This document shows, piece by piece, positions 28,492-32,000 of a stretch of 32,000 nt of DNA (its first letter is position 1; the number at the start of each line of letters is the position of its first letter). Source of the DNA: Schaalia odontolytica (GTDB lineage: Bacteria; Actinomycetota; Actinomycetes; Actinomycetales; Actinomycetaceae). The stretch spans positions 720,001-752,000 of the forward strand of contig NZ_CP040006.1 of assembly GCF_005696695.1 (NCBI RefSeq). Direction: 5' to 3'. The position numbers were made by a program, and so were the translations under genes. The notes beneath the pieces were generated by a model, which ran no database searches, was not told the origin of the DNA, and saw only the letters and a program-made list of their open reading frames with translations.

Positions 28492-29577
28492 CTAGCGGGC
28501 AGCCTTGCTGGCGGCCTCCGCCGTCGCCACGGCCTCGAGGAGCCTGCGCACAGACGCCACGCGGGAAGAGCGCTCAGACCTCACCCGATCCGCCTCCTCA
28601 TCCCCGGCCTCGTCGAGGGCGAAGGGACCGGTGGCGCGCGCGTAAGCGTCAAGCGCGCACGAGGGCTCTTCCTCGCCGTGCGAGCACAGCGGCAGACACC
28701 AGGCGGCGGCCTCTGCGACGTCCGGGAAGACGCCGAGCACGTCGGCGACGCTCACGTGCCCCAGGCCAAAGGATCGCACGCCGGGCGTATCTACAATCCA
28801 GCCGCCCTCGTCCAGCTCGAAGGCCTCCGAGGACGTGGAGGTGTGGCGCCCGCGTCCTGTCACCTCGTTGACGTGGCCCGTCGCGCGGCCCGCGCCCGGC
28901 ACCAGGAGGTTGATGAGCGTGGACTTACCGACCCCCGAATGCCCCACCAGCACCGACCAGTGGCCGGCCAGCAGGTCCCGCAGTTCGGTGACGCCCGGAT
29001 CGGACTCCCCGGCCTCGGCGCTCGTGAGCACCACCCGCAGGTCGAAGTCCTCGTAGGCGGCGATCAGCTCGTCCGCGCTGGCCAGGTCCGCCTTCGTCAG
29101 GACGAGGACGGGGTCGAGGCCCGCCTCGAAGGCGGCGACCAGGCAGCGGTCGATCATGCCGGTGCGCGGCGGGGGATCCGCCAGTGCGACGACGATGCAC
29201 ATGGTATCGGCGTTCGCGACGATCGCCTTCTCGCCTCGCTGATCCGGGGCGTCCTCGAGGGAGCGGCGCAGCACCGAGGAGCGTTCCTCGACGGCGACGA
29301 TGCGCGCGAGCGTGTCGGGGCGCCCCGACAGGTCGCCGGTGAGGCGCACGCGGTCGCCCATGATGACGGAGCCTCGCCCCAGCTCGCGGGCGCGCACGGC
29401 GACCACACGGGTGCCGTCCGCCTCCAGGCTCACCTGGTAGCGGCCGCGGTCGATGCCGATGACGCGGCCCAGCGGCTTGGAGGACCAGTCGGGCCGGTCT
29501 TTCGTGCGGGGGCGTGAGCCCTTGCCGGCGCGTACGCGCACGCGCGGGTCGTCGGTTCCAGTGTCGCGGCGGGCCAT
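28492..29577 (-). CDS. rsgA: ribosome small-subunit-dependent GTPase A
   Basis: Circularly permuted GTPase motifs LTKADL...GHSGVGKSTLIN...DTPG plus a C-terminal Cys/His cluster. ATG 29577 shares 1 nt with the aroA stop (TGATG). Confidence 0.92.
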   Translation of the reverse strand: MARRDTGTDDPRVRVRAGKGSRPRTKDRPDWSSKPLGRVIGIDRGRYQVSLEADGTRVVAVRARELGRGSVIMGDRVRLTGDLSGRPDTLARIVAVEERSSVLRRSLEDAPDQRGEKAIVANADTMCIVVALADPPPRTGMIDRCLVAAFEAGLDPVLVLTKADLASADELIAAYEDFDLRVVLTSAEAGESDPGVTELRDLLAGHWSVLVGHSGVGKSTLINLLVPGAGRATGHVNEVTGRGRHTSTSSEAFELDEGGWIVDTPGVRSFGLGHVSVADVLGVFPDVAEAAAWCLPLCSHGEEEPSCALDAYARATGPFALDEAGDEEADRVRSERSSRVASVRRLLEAVATAEAASKAAR

Positions 29578-30929
29578 CACTCCTCCTCCTCGATCGACAA
29601 GGCCGGGGCAGCCTGGTCGCTTCCCTGACCGTGAGCGCTCACTAAGGAAGCCCACATGGCCTCGAAGGTCGGCAGCGTCTTGGAGGTGCAGGCGATGTCG
29701 TCGACCGTGATGCCGGGCGTGATCAGGCCCAGGATCGCGCCGAAGGTCGCCATGCGATGATCCGCGTACGAGCGGATCTGTGCGGCGTGGAGCGGGCGCG
29801 GCGTGATGATCAGGCCGTCCTCGGTCTCTTCAGCCTGCCCGCCGGCGCGGTTGATCTCGGCGACCAGGGCCGCCAGTCGGTCGGTCTCGTGTCCGCGCAG
29901 GTGCGCGATGCCGCTCAGGTGCGAGGGGGTCGAGGCGTAGGCGCAGATCGCGGCCAGGGTGGGGGTGAGCTCTCCGACCTCGGCCATGGTCGCCTTGATG
30001 CCCGGGTAGTTGCCGGCGCCGGGACCACTCAGGGTCAGGCCCTCCTCGTCTAGGGTGATGGTCGCGCCCATGTGACCGAGCAGCGCGCGCCAGGCGTCGC
30101 CCGCCTGCGTTGTCGCCCCCGGCCACGCAGGGATGCGCACGCGCCCGCCTGTCACCATTGCGGCGGCCAGGAAGGGGCCGGCGTTGGACAGGTCCGGCTC
30201 GACTGTGATGTCGCCGCCGCGCGGACGGGACGGGAAGATGTGCCAGGTGGAGAGGTTCGCGCGCCCCTCGTCCACGACCTCCAGGTCGATGCCCGCGCCC
30301 GCGAGGGACGCCAGCGTCATTTCCACGTGAGGCATCGACGGGACGACGCCCGGAGCCGACACGAAGAGCGGATCACCCACGAGGGGAGAGACGAGCAGCA
30401 ACGCGGAGAGGAACTGCGAAGAGGACGAGGAGTCCACCCAGGCCTGCGCGCCCAGCGGCGTGTGGATCGGGCCTTGAATCGTGAAGGGCAGGTGCCCGCG
30501 CTCACCGTGATACGTAACGGTCGCGCCCATGCGCACCAGGGCGTCCAGGAGCGGACCCAGCGGGCGCGCGTAAGCCTGCTCATCCCCGTCGAAGAGCGTC
30601 TCCTCGGGGGACAGGGCCGCCAGGGGAGGCAGGAAACGCATGACGGTGCCGGCCAGGCCGCAGTCGATGCGACCGCCCCGCGGCGGCAGCGACATCGGCG
30701 TGACGCGCAGGATGCCCGCGCCCTCGTCCTCGACGTGTGTGCCCATCACCTCCAAGGCATCCGCAAACAGGCGCGTGTCGCGCGCGTCCAGGGCACCCCG
30801 AATGACGGAGGGGGAATCGGCGACGGCTGCCAGGTAGAGGGCGCGCGCCGTGATCGACTTCGAACCCGGCACCTCGACTGTGGCATCCACGGGGGAGGTG
30901 GCCAGGGGAGCGGGCCAGGGCGCGCTCAC
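29577..30929 (-). CDS. aroA: 3-phosphoshikimate 1-carboxyvinyltransferase (EPSP synthase)
   Basis: VEVPGSKSITARALYLAA... and an overall EPSPS-like 450 aa protein. GTG 30929 forms a GTGA overlap with the doxX-like stop. Confidence 0.95.
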   Translation of the reverse strand: MSAPWPAPLATSPVDATVEVPGSKSITARALYLAAVADSPSVIRGALDARDTRLFADALEVMGTHVEDEGAGILRVTPMSLPPRGGRIDCGLAGTVMRFLPPLAALSPEETLFDGDEQAYARPLGPLLDALVRMGATVTYHGERGHLPFTIQGPIHTPLGAQAWVDSSSSSQFLSALLLVSPLVGDPLFVSAPGVVPSMPHVEMTLASLAGAGIDLEVVDEGRANLSTWHIFPSRPRGGDITVEPDLSNAGPFLAAAMVTGGRVRIPAWPGATTQAGDAWRALLGHMGATITLDEEGLTLSGPGAGNYPGIKATMAEVGELTPTLAAICAYASTPSHLSGIAHLRGHETDRLAALVAEINRAGGQAEETEDGLIITPRPLHAAQIRSYADHRMATFGAILGLITPGITVDDIACTSKTLPTFEAMWASLVSAHGQGSDQAAPALSIEEEE

Positions 30930-31453
30930 GAAGCGGTGCCGCTCAGACGCTCCACGACGGCGGCCTCGGCCGCAGCGATCGCGCGGCGCTGGTCGCGGCG
31001 CATCGCGTGGGCGACGAGGGCCGAGGGCTGTCCGACGCGGTCCGTCGACGCGAGGAGGACGCCGGCAGCCAGACCCGCCTTATTTAGCGTGCGGTAGCGG
31101 CGGCGCTTGATCTGCTCCTTGGACAGACCGCGCGTCGTGCCCGGCAGGGGAGCATTCACGAGGGCCATCGGCGCGCCGATCGCAGCCAGGGTCAGGGCGG
31201 CCACGCGGGGCTTGCGGCCGAGAGCGAAGCGCAGACCCGCGACGACCGTGACCGCACCCGTCACACGGGTGGCAACGGCCAGCTGCTGATCCGTCAGCGG
31301 CTCCAGGCCGACCGCGCCGGTCGCCTTGTCGATGAGAGGGCGAACGCCCGCGGCGCGCTCCACGTGGAAACGCGGATGCATGAGGGCATCAACCCCATCG
31401 GCGATGAACGGGGCGGCGAGCAGGGGACGGGCAACAACGCGCAGCAGATTCAT
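30926..31453 (-). CDS. DoxX family membrane protein
   Basis: MNLLRVVARPLLAAPFIADGVDAL... resembles a DoxX N-terminus, with several TM segments. ATG 31453 is preceded by AGGGG. Position between aroA and sigH matches other actinobacteria. Confidence 0.7.
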   Translation of the reverse strand: MNLLRVVARPLLAAPFIADGVDALMHPRFHVERAAGVRPLIDKATGAVGLEPLTDQQLAVATRVTGAVTVVAGLRFALGRKPRVAALTLAAIGAPMALVNAPLPGTTRGLSKEQIKRRRYRTLNKAGLAAGVLLASTDRVGQPSALVAHAMRRDQRRAIAAAEAAVVERLSGTAS

Positions 31454-31556
31454 ACCCCTATTGTTCGACACCTTTGCCCCTGGGGGAAGCCGAACGGCCT
31501 GCCCACTCCCAAACAACGGGGAGAAAGTGGCGCAACGCACAATTGCAGAGGGTTGT

Positions 31557-31581
31557 GGAATATAGAGGGGTGTGAGGCGTT
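31557..31581 (+). promoter_or_regulatory. SigH/SigR-type promoter GGAAT-N17-(c)GTT upstream of sigH (autoregulation)
   Basis: GGAAT is at 31557-31561 and cGTT at 31578-31581, about 70 nt upstream of the sigH ATG. Confidence 0.6.
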
Positions 31582-31651
31582 CCCCTCAGTATGACCGCCC
31601 ATCGACCACTCCCATTCGCGCCGCACGCTTGCGCGACTACGCTGGGAAGCG

Positions 31652-32000
31652 ATGGATACGACAACCCCCTCACCGACGCCGCAGGCACCCGAGGCCGCCC
31701 CGGCCTCGTCCGCTCTGGATGGTGCCGAGCTCGAGGCGCGCTTCATGGACGAAGCGATGCCCCTCATGAACCAACTCTTCGGCGCGGCACTGGGCATGAC
31801 CCGCAACCGCGCCGACGCGGAGGATCTGGTTCAGGAGACCTACCTCAAGGCCTTCCAGAAGTTCCACCAGTACCAGCCCGGCACCAACATCAAGGCCTGG
31901 CTCTACCGGATCCTCACCAACACCTACATCACCAGCTACCGCAAGGCGCAGCGTTCGCCCAAGCGCGCCTCCAGCGACACCGTCGAAGACTGGCAGCTGG
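31652..32000 (+). CDS. sigH: ECF-type RNA polymerase sigma factor SigH (5' part; continues beyond window)
   Basis: My own translation of this frame gives [116 protein letters not shown]. It closely parallels mycobacterial SigH as I remember it (...RMTRNPADAEDLLQET...[25 protein letters not shown]...DWQL). It is absent from the ORF track because there is no stop in the window. Confidence 0.9.
   Translation, partial: MDTTTPSPTPQAPEAAPASSALDGAELEARFMDEAMPLMNQLFGAALGMTRNRADAEDLVQETYLKAFQKFHQYQPGTNIKAWLYRILTNTYITSYRKAQRSPKRASSDTVEDWQL

Noticed and set aside
25528-31097. Long plus-strand ORFs opposite sbcD (25528..26643), rsgA (28480..29517) and aroA (30072..31097), and the minus-strand ORF 26598..27569 opposite the amidotransferase
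   Set aside because: All are antisense to genes with clear catalytic motifs, and their products are Arg/Gly/His/Asp/Val-rich without motifs. This is GC-rich frame noise.

Overview
High-GC (roughly two-thirds G+C by eye) Actinomycetota chromosomal core segment; gene content and order look Actinomycetaceae/Micrococcales-like. I call 32 densely packed protein-coding genes, many joined by 1-8 nt start/stop overlaps (GTGA/ATGA). Left third: small metallopeptidase and DUF3499 genes, then a conserved but functionally uncharacterised envelope MoxR AAA+ cluster. That cluster is polytopic membrane protein, DUF4129, DUF4350, MoxR and DUF58 on the minus strand, flanked by SpoIIM-like and RDD membrane proteins. 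Middle: the classic actinobacterial block mtrA-mtrB-lpqB-comF-hpf-secA. Right third: a LysM/Rv3235-family pair, a conserved hypothetical, an excisionase-type HTH gene, and an orphan SAF (CpaB-like) plus CpaE/TadZ-like ATPase pair with no Tad secretion genes. These are followed by a small acidic protein, sbcDC, a class-I glutamine amidotransferase, two small paralogous membrane proteins, rsgA-aroA-doxX and the 5' part of sigH. I saw no rRNA, tRNA, CRISPR array, transposase, integrase or prophage gene. The second-look items are the two conserved-but-unexplained gene modules (MoxR module; HTH/SAF/ATPase module), a possible small insertion islet behind rsgA, and several short intergenic regions with phased repeats, palindromes and leaderless-type promoter geometry. 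All family names come from reading the translated ORFs by eye; no database search was possible.
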